Positions 12,669 to 25,800 of a stretch of DNA of 64,000 bases are shown here, piece after piece. The stretch spans positions 15,810,001 through 15,874,000 of the forward strand of contig CM060734.1 of NCBI GenBank assembly GCA_030704615.1, written 5' to 3'. The stretch's first letter is position 1, and each line of letters opens with the position of its first letter. A program made the position numbers and the translations under genes. Source of the stretch: Takakia lepidozioides. Lineage: Eukaryota > Plantae > Bryophyta. The notes below the pieces were generated by a model. It did not search any database and had not been told where the DNA came from. It saw only the letters and a program-made list of their open reading frames with translations.

Positions 12669-14014
12669 CTACCCATGTGTTGTATCCCGCTGCAAAAGAG
12701 TATCGACCTCGTTGAAACTCATAGTGGCCTGGTGAATGAAGTTGTCACGTTTGGGATCGCAAACCATCCTCCTCAAAAATATGAAATACAAATGTTTGCA
12801 GGGTATGAATTTACCTCTCTTGCCCAAACTGGTTATAGCATATTCACAAAATCAGGACATGTGCAATTGGGGAAATTGGAAACCGTGATGTCGTAGGTCC
12901 TGTCATGAATAGCAGATGTGGAAGTGATGATTGTGAATACCCGACCATATCCTGGATCGGGTACTTCCGTGGTGCTTCCAACACGAGCTTGGAGCATTCT
13001 TGCGGACTCCACTTTGCCAAAGTGTTCAGCGGTTGGAGGGAAACGCCGAACGAGCTTTCCATCTTGTTTGGTTGGCCACAAGTTAGGATTTGCCGGGGGG
13101 ACCCGGGAGGACGCAGAAGTAGTAGCACATGCATGGAGTTGGGGTTGTCTCACAAGGGAAAAACCTGCCTCCTCCAGCATTTCAATCTCCTGAAAGCTAA
13201 GTTGTGTTCCCACCTTCACGGGCCAAAAGGTTGGAGGAGTTGGCTTCATCACTACGGAAGGACGCATAGTTCCATGCACACATCTGGCACAATCATCTGC
13301 GCAGAACCAGAACTTGTGGTTCTTGGCTTCTGGTTGACCGTATGGACGCATCAAGCCCGTGAAAGTCGGAGCAGGAGTTCGGGCACCACCTCTGGATATA
13401 GATGAAGTGCACTTCTCGAAATTAGTTGCCATGATCGCTGTACATTTCACACGAGACCCTACACTTGTGCATTCTATGTGCCAAACGTGGTCGGGGCATG
13501 CGGACTCAAGCACATCAAGGGGGTTGTTTCTCTCCTGCACCATTTCAGTGGCACTGTTTGATGCTAGAGCTTGCCGTCGTGTTGGAGGTTCCTCCACAAT
13601 GGAGGTTCCGGACATGGAGCTGTCATGCAGGGGAACACGAGGCTTCGAGAAGTTATCACGGTCTGCCCTGTGGGAATCTGAATCCGAACCAGGTGGAGTG
13701 TTCAATTTCCTCTTACAGGAGCCGAATCTCTCCTCCCCTTCAAGATGTGGAACTCTAGAAACAAGTGGCGTTCCCTGGGCATACATGCTCACCGCCCGTG
13801 CTATCTTGATTGGATCCCCAGATCTGTTTGCAGCACGCAACATCAACTCCCATTTGTCCGGACCCTTGCCACCAACCCCACCTCGTAAGAAATCACGGTA
13901 TCGGGTTTGTTGTTGCAAGGCACGTATCAAATCATCTGTTGTTGCCACATACAAATCCCGACCTCGTTTCCCAGACTGCGACATGTTCCAGAACAATTGC
14001 AAATCCATTGTCAA
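12669..14014 (-). pseudogene. Divergent MULE transposase C-terminal half with SWIM zinc finger
   Basis: Aligns by eye to the copy 1 C-terminus (GKGPDKWELMLRAANRS vs GLGPDRQEMLMRTASRS). SWIM motif YDITVSNFPNCTCPDF..(frameshift ~12835)..KFIPCKHLYFIF. Confidence 0.8.
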
Positions 14015-14881
14015 GGACTTCCTGGGAGAACGGTACTGGTTTGTCGTCAGAGAAGAACTCCGCTTCAGAGGAAGCCATTTTCCTTCCTCGCGTACGTTTG
14101 TACCTTGCTATCGCAGATCTAGTGTAAATCGGTTTACTGATGTTTCCAGAACACAGTTGAAGAATGAGCAGAGAATATGGCGGAGGAAGCTCAGATAACG
14201 ACTGTGCATATTATGTTATTCTTTCCAGATATGCAGCCGTCCATTTTAATTACTTCTTCTTGTGGGCCCAGTGGTCAGAGTATCCCTAGGTGCAGTGTCG
14301 GCAGCTGTAAAACCGTTAACCAGAACCTCATCAATAAACCCAAAAACAAAGCCGACTTCCTGGAAGCATGCCACAGGATCTGAGAATGGGATTGCAGATT
14401 AAGTAAATGTATCTATATACTACTACCAATGATCATGCGCACCTGGAAAGTTCCAAATGTGAAACGAATGTGGGGTTTGGCTAACAAGGATGACCGTGTA
14501 TGATATTCCAATTTGTCATCAATCTCTCGTTCATTTACATTTATTTGTGTAAGACTGCGCCAAAATTTATGGGATTCGCTGTTATTTTTAAATATTGAAA
14601 CCGTTCTAATAAAGAACACGCCGTTTTTTTTGGGCGACACACGTCAGACATCCATAACTGAATACGAATAGCTATACACCAATTGCTGGCATGTGCACTA
14701 ATAAGGGAACGACTATGTGTAACGGTCACGCGGGGGGGAATCTGATGCTTCTAGAGACACGCAAGAACGCAGGCAATCCCGCAAGAAATCGGGAGTCACT
14801 GCGTTTTTCTACTTTTCGCGCTTAGAGGGAGAGTGGTAGTCAAGCTGGAGAGGGTTCCTTCTAGAATACGAAAGAGAAGAA

Positions 14882-17800
14882 TATGGGTTGTAACCTGATT
14901 ATAAGTCAGTTTTCTGGTATGATACCAGTCTGAACTTTGGCACCATATTAGTGGGGTTTTCAACCTGATTGTAAATCAGTTTTCTGGCATGATACCAGTC
15001 TGAGCTTCGGGTGCATTTTGATATGGTGCTGGAGTACCATCTCCAGACCTTATAAGGCTATCCAATGATGCTTGAGATAGGCCTTCTTATGCTGATTTAA
15101 CACGGTAAGTACCAAGCGATACTTTTTGAACATTGAGGTCAGAGTTCTAAATTTAAAACAGCCCTGGTTACACTGTTCTAACTTGGAGATTACCAAGCAG
15201 CTGGCGTGATGGGCTTTTCAGATTACATAACACCTGTTTTAAGGTTGCGAACCATCCTTTGAATTTGAAACAGGTTCAGTTTTACTATGTTAACTTGGAA
15301 AGTACCAAGCTGTACTTGACTTGGAAGAATACCAAGCAGTGGTCTTGTTGGGCTTTTTCAAAATACATAGGGGCTGGTTTAACTTATCAAACTAGCCTTT
15401 TGGAATACCCTTTGAGCTGGTGTTGTCTATAAAGTTCTGATTATGCTCATTGTAGCACTCCACTCTGATTGAGTTTTGGTGATCGATGATTGGAAAACCA
15501 GATCCAGACCTTTGTGCATTCATGGAACATAGACATAGCATGTTGGCTGGTCTACATTATCAGGCTGGGCTCTTGGAATTGCAACACCTGCAACTCATTC
15601 TCAAAGGCTCAAGTGTTTATGTTGATCTGGTATGTACCAAAGGTGGTGTTTGTCCCGATTGTTTTATAAGAAAAACAAGACTCCTTCAATGATGAATGAC
15701 ATCTGAATCTAGGGCGATGGTTGTCTTGGAAATCCCACCCTCCCACCTTAATTTTTTTTTTCATGTGTTTTCAGGAAGATGACACGAGTTTTTATCAGGT
15801 AAGATACTGCCTATGGAAGGTGAAGTTAGATAGTGCCTTGTTATGAGGCTGATTTGTCGTTGATTTGACAAAGACCTTGTTTGGTCTTGTCCATGTCCCG
15901 ACAAGACATAGTATCTTCCCTCTCTATTCTTGACCAGTGTACTCAGTGGTTTCTGTACACTCTCTCTCTCTCACCTGCCATTTTCCAGTTTTCCTACTAT
16001 GATGTACTAACACCTTTAATGGAAAGCCATGGGGTATCAGCCCCCTATACCTCCATAACAATAGCGTGGAGCAACAAATCCCTCATAAGGTATGATGATC
16101 CTCTCCGACAAAAATTTGTTGGCGGATTGGACAACGAGAGAAAGGCATTGCTGATATTACTTGAAGAACATCTATGGGTTTCTTGCATACTGATATTATG
16201 AGCTAGGCCCGGGTAAAACAGACTGTTAGAGTATGTGTGTACACCTTCTACATGATCCGGTCAATGCACATTACTCCTGTTAACTGGTAACCTGTAGTTG
16301 ATGCCTTATGTCAGCATTAGATCCCTCATGATGAAAAGCCTTACCTACTCGTGGGCTTTAATACTTCTCCTGGATGTGGGTTTGCTCTTTATAGCACCAC
16401 TAAAAAAATGCCCAGGTGTAACGTGATATGTCCTTTTTCATACCTTAAGGAAATCTGGTTTTAAAACCATAAAGCTGGCTGATATGGTGAAAAAGATGGG
16501 CAGCAGATTGCTGCCAATGTTTTTAATCACATGTTCATGTTGTGAATCACGGGCAGTAGACTACTGCCACTGGCTGAAGAACACAAGATCTTATTCATAC
16601 CTTTGGAAAAACGGTTCTAACCATAAAGTTGGCTGATATGGTGGAAAAATGTGCAGTAATTTATTGGCATCGGTTGAAGAACACCTGTAATTTATGAACT
16701 CTTTCGTGCCCAGCTATATGAATGTTTTGTCCATATAATTTTCTCTTGACTTGGGAAGCAGAGACTGTAGCTTTTTAACCAAAGATAAAACTACATCGCA
16801 CGGAGATTCTTCCTTGGTCTCTACTTCTTTACAAGAGCTTGTTGACAAGATAAGAGGTAAGACGGAAAACGCATGACTCTATATTCTCGCCAAGTTTGAT
16901 TTATGCTATGCCAATGTTCACTCGTGATCTGAGGGCAGAGAGAATGTAGACCTTTTATCTTTTTGGTATTCAAGTCCAAGGACAGAACTACATTGTAGAA
17001 GGAGAGCCTTATGAGAATGGGTCCGGTATGCACTCCCTTACGGGGTGAGTGCATACCACACTCACTCCATAAGGGACTGCCATACCAGGGGTTGGATGGT
17101 GGGCGCCCCCTCTCTCCCTCTCTCCAATTATCTGTTTGGGATTAACAATTATTTTCCTAAGCCTACCTGGTTTGGAAATACCTTCTTTCTAATCCCTAAT
17201 GGAATATGTTTTGAATTTCATCCATACCGGATGAAAAATATGCCAGGTATAATCCCTGACTGGATGAATTATTGTCTCGAGCCTTACCACTAAGGATGTA
17301 GCCTGCAATTTTTCATCCATGACGGATTACATCCATCCTGGATGCTACCCTGACGGATGTAAACCTAAGAGGATGTAACTCTAATGAAGTGCAAACATTT
17401 CATCCCAGTGGATGAAATCGCGGGATGGTTTGCTAACCGCCTCTCTGCCCTAAGCACGACACGATACTCGTGCTTGTTTTCTCTGGAGGATGGCGATGGC
17501 GGCTGAGCTGAGTGCTCCAGCATCACGATGCGCGTGCATTTTGTTTTTTCTTGCGCGATGGCGGCAGACTCTTCCATTTCCCGCACTGGCAAATGACCTA
17601 CTGCTGTGTTTGCCTGCAATCTTTCTTATTCGTGAAGCAGCGGCGCTCATAAGGTGATGGGGGAAGTATCATGCACTTTGTAAAATATGCAATTTGTCCT
17701 CAAGTATCCCAATTTGTTGCATTCTGCTGTGATCTCTTGAGATTCAAGTGTTGAATGCCGCAGCGTCCCACTCCACAAACGATTAAAGTTCTTTGTGGTG

Positions 17801-20405
17801 TCGCATCTATGTTTTACTTTTGATCAATTTGCTCACTGTAGAATGCATGTTGGACATGGATAGCAACTGTGAAGACCTGCTACTCACCTCGTGCATCCTC
17901 ACTGACACACATCTTGATGTGGTGGTTTTTGGGACGGGCACAGGTGAGGGTCTTCACTGGATGTGTATTTTTTCAGTTTACAGATGATCAAAGGACTTGG
18001 CGATGGTGACGATTGACGCTACATACTGCTTCAGTGGGGCATCTGATACGATTCGGCCTCTCAACCTTAATCCTTTTTGGTTTTTATGGGTTGTGACCTG
18101 ATTATAAGTCAGTTTTCTGGTATGATACCAGTCTGAACTTTGGCACCATATTAGTGGGGTTTTCAACCTGATTGTAAATCAGTTTTCTGGCATGATACCA
18201 GTCTGAGCTTCGGGTGCATTTTGATTTGGTGCTGGAGTACCATCTCCAAACCTTATAAGGCTATCCAATGATGCTTGAGATAGGCCTTCTTATGCTGATT
18301 TAACACGGTAAGTACCAAGCGATACTTTTTGAACATTGAGGTCAGAGTTCTAAATTTAAAACAGCCCTGGTTACACTGTTCTAACTTGGAGATTACCAAG
18401 CAGCTGGCGTGATGGGCTTTTCAGATTACATAACACCTGTTTTAAGGTTGCGAACCATCCTTTGAATTTGAAACAGGTTCAGTTTTACTATGTTAACTTG
18501 GAAAGTACCAAGCTGTACTTGACTTGGAAGAATACCAAGCAGTGGTCTTGTTGGGCTTTTTCAAAATACATAGGGGCTGGTTTAACTTATCAAACTAGCC
18601 TTTTGGAATACCCTTTGAGTTGGTGTTGTCTATAAAGTTCTGATTATGCTCATTGTAGCACTCCACTCTGATTGAGTTTTGGAGATCGATGATTGGAAAA
18701 CCAGATCCAGACCTTTGTGCATTCATGGAACATAGACATAGCATGCTGGCTGGTCTACATTATCAGGCTGGGCTCTTGGAATTGCAACACCTGCAACTCA
18801 TTCTCAAAGGCTCAAGTGTTTATGTTGATCTGGTATGTACCAAAGGTGGTGTTTGTCCCGATTGTTTTATAAGAAAAACAAGACTCCTTCAATGATGAAT
18901 GACATCTGAATCTAGGGCGATGGTTGTCTTGGAAATCCCACCCTCCCACCTTAATTTTTTTTTCATGTGTTTTCAGGAAGATGACACGAGTTTTTATCAG
19001 GTAAGATACTGCCTATGGAAGGTGAAGTTAGATAGTGCCTTGTTATGAGGCTGATTTGTCGTTGATTTGACAAAGACCTTGTTTGGTCTTGTCCATGTCC
19101 CGACAAGACATAGTATCTTCCCTCTCTATTCTTGACCAGTGTACTCAGTGGTTTTTGTACACACTCTCACTCTCTCACTTGCCATTTTCTAGTTTTCTTA
19201 CTGATGTACTAACACCTTTAATGGAAAGCCATGGGGTATCAGCCCCCTATACCTCCATAACAATAGCGTGGAGCAACAAATCCCTCATAAGGTATGATGA
19301 TCCTCTCCGACAAAAATTTGTTGGCGGATTGGACAACGAGAGAAAGGCATTGCTGATATTACTTGAAGAACATCTATGGGTTTCTTGCATACTGATATTA
19401 TGAGCTAGGCCCGGGTAAAACAGCCTGTTAGAGTATGTGTGTACACCTTCTACATGATCCGGTCAATGCACATTACTCCTATTAACTGGTAACTTGTAGT
19501 TGATGCCTTATGTCAGCATCAGATCCCTTATGATGAAAAGCCTTCCCTACTCGTGGGCTTTAATACTTCTCCTGGATGTGGGTTTGCTCTTTATAGCACC
19601 ACTAAAAAAATGCCCAGGTGTAACGTGATATGTCCTTTTTCATACCTTAAGGAAATCTGGTTTTAAAACCATAAAGCTGGCTGATATGGTGAAAAAGATG
19701 GGCAGCAGATTGCTGCCAATGTTTTTAATCACATGTTCATGTTGTGAATCACGGGCAGTAGACTACTGCCACTGGCTGAAGAACACAAGATCTTATTCAT
19801 ACCTTTGGAAAAACGGTTCTAACCATAAAGTTGGCTGATATGGTGGAAAAATGTGCAGTAATTTATTGGCATCGGTTGAAGAACACCTGTAATTTATGAA
19901 CTCTTTCGTGCCCAGCTATATGAATGTTTTGTCCATATAATTTTCTCTTGACTTGGGAAGCAGAGACTGTAGCTTTTTAACCAAAGATAAAACTACATCG
20001 CACGGAGATTCTTCCTTGGTCTCTACTTCTTTACAAGAGCTTGTTGACAAGATAAGAGGTAAGACGGAAAACGCATGACTCTATATTCTCGCCAAGTTTG
20101 ATTTATGCTATGCCAATGTTCACTCGTGATCTGAGGGCAGAGAGAATGTAGACCTTTTATCTTTTTGGTATTCAAGTCCAAGGACAGAACTACATTGTAG
20201 AGGGAGAGCCTTATGAGAATGGGTCCGGTATGCACTCCCTTACGGGGTGAGTGCATACCACACTCACTCCATAAGTGACTGCCATACCAGGGGTTGGATG
20301 GTGGGCGCCCCCTCTCTCCCTCTCTCCAATTATCTGTTTGGGATTAACAATTATTTTCCTAAGCCTACCTGGTTTGGAAATACCTTCTTTCTAATCCCTA
20401 ATGGA
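14882..20405 (-). repeat. Inverted tandem copies (~1.7 units) of the 3.2-kb unit
   Basis: Reverse complement of the 4402-10217 array; the same ORFs appear on the opposite strand (15486/18689, 15881/19083, 16821/20023). Confidence 0.95.
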
Positions 20406-21944
20406 AGAGGGAAGATACTATGTCTTGTCGGGACATGGACGATGGTGCTATGAGGGATTTGTTGCTCCACACTATTGTTATGGAGGTATAGGGGGCTGAT
20501 ACCCCATGGCTTTCCATTAAAGGTGTTAGTACATCATAGTAAGAAAACTGGAAAATGGCAGGTGAGAGAGAGAGAGAGAGAGAGAGTGTACAGAAACCAC
20601 TGAGTACACTAGTCAAGAATAGAGAGGGAAGATACTATGTCTTGTCGGGACATGGACAAGACCAAACAAGGTCTTTGTCAAATCAACGACAAATCAGCCT
20701 CATAACAAGGCACTATCTAACTTCACCTTCCATAGGCAGTATCTTACCTGATAAAAACTCGTGTCATCTTCCTAAAAACACATGAAAAAAAAAAATAGGG
20801 TGGGAGGGTGGGATTTCCAAGACAACCATCGCCCTAGATTCAGATGTCATTCATCATTGAAGGAGTCTTGTTTTTCTTATAAAACAATCGGGACAAACAC
20901 CACCTTTGGTACATACCAGATCAACATAAACACTCGAGCCTTTGAGAATGAGTTGCAGGTGTTGCAATTCCAAGAGCCCAGCCTGATAATGTAGACCAGC
21001 CAGCATGCTATGTCTATGTTCCATGAATGCACAAAGGTCTGGATCTGGTTTTCCAATCATCGATCTCCAAAACTCAATCAGAGTGGAGTGCTACAATGAG
21101 CATAATCAGAACTTTATAGACAACACCAGCTTAAAGGGTATTCCAAAAGGCTAGTTTGATAAGTTAAACCAGCCCCTATGTATTTTGAAAAAGCCCAACA
21201 AGACCACTACTTGGTATTCTTCCAAGTCAAGTACAGCTTGGTACTTTCCAAGTTAACATAGTAAAACTGAACCTGTTTCAAATTCAAAGGATGATTCGCA
21301 ACCTTAAAACAGGTGTTATGTAATCTGAAAAGCCCATCACGCCAGCTGCTTGGTAATCTCCAAGTTAGAACAGTGTAACCAGGGCTGTTTTAAATTTAGA
21401 ACTCTGACCTCAATGTTCAAAAAGTATCGCTTGGTACTTACCGTGTTAAATCAGCATAAGAAGGCCTATCTCAAGCATCATTGGATAGCCTTATAAGGTC
21501 CGGAGATGGTACTCCAGCACCATATCAAAATACACCCGAAGCTCAGACTGGTATCATGCCAGAAAACTGATTTACAATCAGGTTGAAAACCCCACTAATA
21601 TGGTGCCAAAGTTCAGACTGGTATCATACCAGAAAACTGACTTATAATCAGGTCACAACCCATAAAAACCAAAAAGGATTAAGGTTGAGAGGCCGAATCG
21701 TATCAGATGCCCCACCGAAGCAGTATGTAGCGTCAATTGTCACCATCGCCAAGTCCTTTGATCATCTGCAAACTGAAAAAATACACATCCAGTGAAGACC
21801 CTCACCTGTGCCCGTCCCAAAAACCACCACATCAAGATGTGTGTCAGTGAGGATGCACGAGGTGAGTAGCAGGTCTTCACAGTTGCTATCCATGTCCAAC
21901 ATGCATTCTACAGTGAGCAAATTGATCAAAAGTAAAACATAGAT
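20406..21944 (+). repeat. Partial direct copy of the 3.2-kb unit (equivalent to ~5140-6618)
   Basis: Sequence identity; ORF 20854-21060 is identical to 5530-5736. Confidence 0.93.
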
Positions 21945-22930
21945 AAGAGTATGACTTTCAGGTTGTGCATGGACCGGGTTTGGTCAATCGAGATGCGGAT
22001 GGGTTGAGTCGCAATTGGGCACCATCTCCTCGTCCGTCTCACCATGCCACCGAGCTCCAGTGTCATCCTGCTGGCTCGTGCAAGTCTCTAGGACCAGGAT
22101 TGTATGAATGCGAGTCTGATGCGGAGTGCATCGCCTGGTTGTTTGGAGAAAACCGAGGCAAGGAGGTGATGGTACCCTCGGTAGCAACCGATGCACTTCC
22201 AGAGTTCGAATTACTGACCTCCCTTGGTCCGTGAGTACCTCAGCTGGAGCACCAAATCGGCTAAGTACACAATCCAAGAATGCATACGCCGCTCCCTCAC
22301 TAGCTTTATCAGGCAATGGAACCAACTCTATCCACTTGGAAAAGTGCTCCACCATCACCAACACGTACTTGTTGTGGCGCATGGTCAAATGGCAACGGCC
22401 CTGCGAAGTCAAGACTCCACCTGTAGCCCAATCCCATGATTGGAAGAGGGTGCAATTGTGGTGTAGGGGCGTTGAATGAAGCACACACCTTGTCACACAC
22501 CATGCACCTAGCTACAAATTGTTGCACCTCTGTGTGCATACCACGCCACCAATACTGCCCCTGCAGTAAACTGTGAGTGCGTCGCACCCCAAAATGCCCC
22601 AACTCCTCATGGGCATGCCGCACTAACCGTGCCCGCTGGGTTAGGTGAGGCACAATCCTCACTCGACCATCCTCCCACACTCGGAGCAGGTGTGTCCCCT
22701 CCCACTTGAACTTCTTGGCTCGTTGTAGGATCCGATCCCTCTCCTTGGCAGTCACAGTGGCTGCCGTGCCCCCAGTGCGGAGATAGTCCAACACAGCTGA
22801 ATCCTCATGTATATCTTTGGCGCCACCTTGCTCATTGTTGGCCTCAGGGTCCTCAGACATTCGGTCTACAGTCATCCCTGTTGTAGGTCCAACCTAGTCT
22901 TCCGCTGCCAAGATACACAGAAATGCAGTT
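21945..22930 (-). mobile_element. Scrambled fragment of the DNMT-Gypsy family (RNase H end on +, linker and integrase on -)
   Basis: EYDFQVVHGPGLVNRDADGLSRN on +. On -, CTSQQDDTGARWHGE and HAHEELGHFG..CMVC..WSLDFAG..VLTDQG, highly similar to 32865-33720. Confidence 0.88.
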
Positions 22931-24876
22931 GTAGAATTAGAATTTGTTTGATATGGCATAAGCTATTAAAGCTATGACCATCCAATTGCCAAGTAGAAGA
23001 CTTCATACATCTTCGTTACTAATCACGTGTTGTGAGTTTCTTTTCTTCTTCACCAAGTGAAGAACCACAGGTGCAGGAATGGGAACAATGGGTTGGCTAA
23101 TATATGCACTCTTGTTCAATGCACACTGTCGATCATCATTTGTTTTTTTTTATCACAGAATCTATCTGTGTCTGCTCAAAGCATATCTCGAGAAAAAGTA
23201 AATGTTTGTTGTATCAAGCATTCTGCAGTATACTGATGCTCCCTGCATGGAGCACAACGACTTCCCGCACGGGGATTCTAAACCTTAAACCTTTTGTCAT
23301 TTTCACCTTACCCCGCTGTAGCATTCCTCGTAGAGAGAGAAAAGTCAGAAGCAGTGAGGGGGTAAAAGGTGATTTGTAGAGCAGTGGTTGCTCCTCCCCT
23401 CACATGAGTGAAGGGCGTTAGGCACAGGAAAACCCAGAAGGGCGTGTGACCTCTTCAGATAGAATGTTACATTGTTCCAGAGTATGGTCCTCTGAGGTGC
23501 AGAATGGATCCAATCGTTTCTTAGGTCAAGAATTTCATCATGAGCTCTGCGAAATCCATGAGAGGTCCCTGCGAGTCATGAACCAAGTTAGATTGTAGTT
23601 AGAAATGGTGCGTTTATTTCATGGGTAGGGTCCTCGGGTATCCAATTTTTTCTGTTGTTATGGGAGCCAAGAATTAGGACTCCCAGAAGCATCCTATTTA
23701 GGAGCTTCTAGACCCTTCCGGATTCGAGTCGAGGTCGTAGTTTGCAGTGAGCGATTTACCATGAGCTGTGCACATCCATGAGAGGTCCCTGCAAGCCATG
23801 TCAAGTAGGGTAGAACCAAAGTCCTTCCAAGGCTATTTTAGAGTAGAATCATCAATTTGCACCGTGCATATCTCTCTTACATCATCTAGGGGATTCGAAC
23901 CCAATCCGGTGGGGGAGAATGGCGGGGTTTTGAAGTATTTTTTATCTGGGAACTCCAACTCTCTCCGAAGAGGGCGAGCTGGGTGGTTTTGAAACATTTT
24001 TTTGGCTTTTGCTTTTATTTCCTCCTCTCTCCCGGAAGACTCGAACTCTCTCCGAGGAGGAAGAGTCCGAGGGGAATTATTCTTATCTTTACTCAAGATA
24101 GTCGTTGACTCCAAGGGATATCAAGGATACCCTAGTAGGGGGATTTTTACGAACCAGAGATCTTGGATTCTCTTACACTCGGGACGAGTGTCCCCATTGG
24201 TCGCCATATATGTAGATGCATATATTGGTACACTTTTCTTTTCAGATCGTTTTTGATCATAAGACAAGCGGTTTCGGCATTGTACTGCCAAAACAGCCTA
24301 CAGGTTAGTTTGTTATTTGTCTGGAAATCGTTGGTAAAGCACGTAGGAAATTAGACAGTGTCTGCGACAACCATGGAGTGGAACTCTGGCGTCAAGATGA
24401 CCGTAGGAAGCTGCATCGACAGCAGATCGGGCTGCCAATTCGATACCAGAAACGACAAGTTAATCCTGTTCAAACAATACAGGACGACTGTTCCAGTCCT
24501 AGATTGCGATCTCTTTTTTCTCCCGCCTTTCAAGTCCAATAGGAACACACGGCGAGGAGTTTGGCAATTGGTGGAAGCGACATGTATAGCGATGAAATAT
24601 TGCAACAAAGCAATTGGCCGCATCGGAATGACAGTAGGTCAAGACGACTTCAAACGGCAAAGCGTGGGCTTGTTAGCGGTGTGGGACAACTGGAGGGGAC
24701 TCTGGACAACCTATGACTCAGTGGCAGGGTCAAGGATCTCAGAGCCATCACCAGGGATTTGATTTCCAAAAATACCACAAAATCTGTGTGTAGCGAAAAT
24801 ACGACGAATGGCGAGAAGTGAAACATTTTGCCACCGATGGAGCTGAGAATTCACGGGCTGATATGGGATATATAAA

Positions 24877-25800
24877 TGTAGTTTGTCACCAAGTTTGGTG
24901 ATTTATGGAGCTGATTAGCAAAGGGGCCAAATTATTGAATCGACGGCACTCACAAGGCCTATTATTTGCATTTCTACTTCTTGGATGGATGAAAAATCCT
25001 GGAATTCGCCTTGAGGAGCTGGATGGATGAAATGACAACTCGTGCCAACTGGTCATCCAATTGGATGGATGAAAAGCCAGCTTTCATTTGCTTCTAAGAC
25101 TTTTCATCCATGTGGAATAGTATATTATAGATCCTCCAAGGGAACAATAGTTTGATGAATATTTTCCATTAGTCTATTAAGCCCAACAACAGTATAAAAG
25201 AGGGGCAAGGCTTCCCTTGTTCTTCATCTAGCACATTTGCTTAGTTTCTTCTTGCTTGTTGTTGTAGTGCTTGATAGTTTTTGGCTTGAGGAGGGGCTAG
25301 ATCCTAGGGAGTGGAGCTTGAAGCTCCCTAGTTAGGTAGGATTTTTGTAAGCTAAGGCAAGTGGCCTAGCTTGTGGGCCTTTGAGCCATTTTCATTTGTG
25401 AAGGAAGAGGGCAATTTCATGTGGAGGAAAGTGACTTGAGGACGAGTAGGAGAGGCTGGTATGGACTTATGGACGAGAGCCCAAGTGGAGGCCGCATAGA
25501 GTACCATTACTTGAGTCGATAGAGCATCCCAAGCACTCTCGCATAGAAAGGTTGATCCCATCTTACCATTTCACCATTTGTGTATGTGATTCATTTATTT
25601 TCCAAGCAAAGCTTGAAGTTGAAAATCTGATTTAGGCTCTTCAAAAGAGGAGAGTGCATTGTGGAATCCCATTATTTCATGTCTAGAAGTGACAAGGGGA
25701 AGACCCCCATAGTCTATTGGGAAGGGCACCAATAGAGGCTAGTATTTGAATTGTTGGAAGAAAGAATCTTTGTGTTTGATTACTAATTTGAAATATAGCC
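24877..25800 (+). mobile_element. Possible LTR remnant (unpaired)
   Basis: Begins TGTAGT, has TATA-like TATAAAAG at ~25193 followed by T-rich sequence. No partner LTR, PBS or TSD found. Confidence 0.25.

Noticed and set aside
13359-14198. 279-aa plus-strand ORF
   Set aside because: Antisense shadow of the SWIM-containing transposase fragment.
4305-21795. Recurrent 60-106 aa ORFs in the 3.2-kb unit as genes
   Set aside because: They recur only because the DNA is duplicated; frames change with (GA)n length and there are no convincing domains.
23400-24870. Gene or gag in the short ORFs here
   Set aside because: No recognisable motif; only two short local duplications, insufficient for a call.
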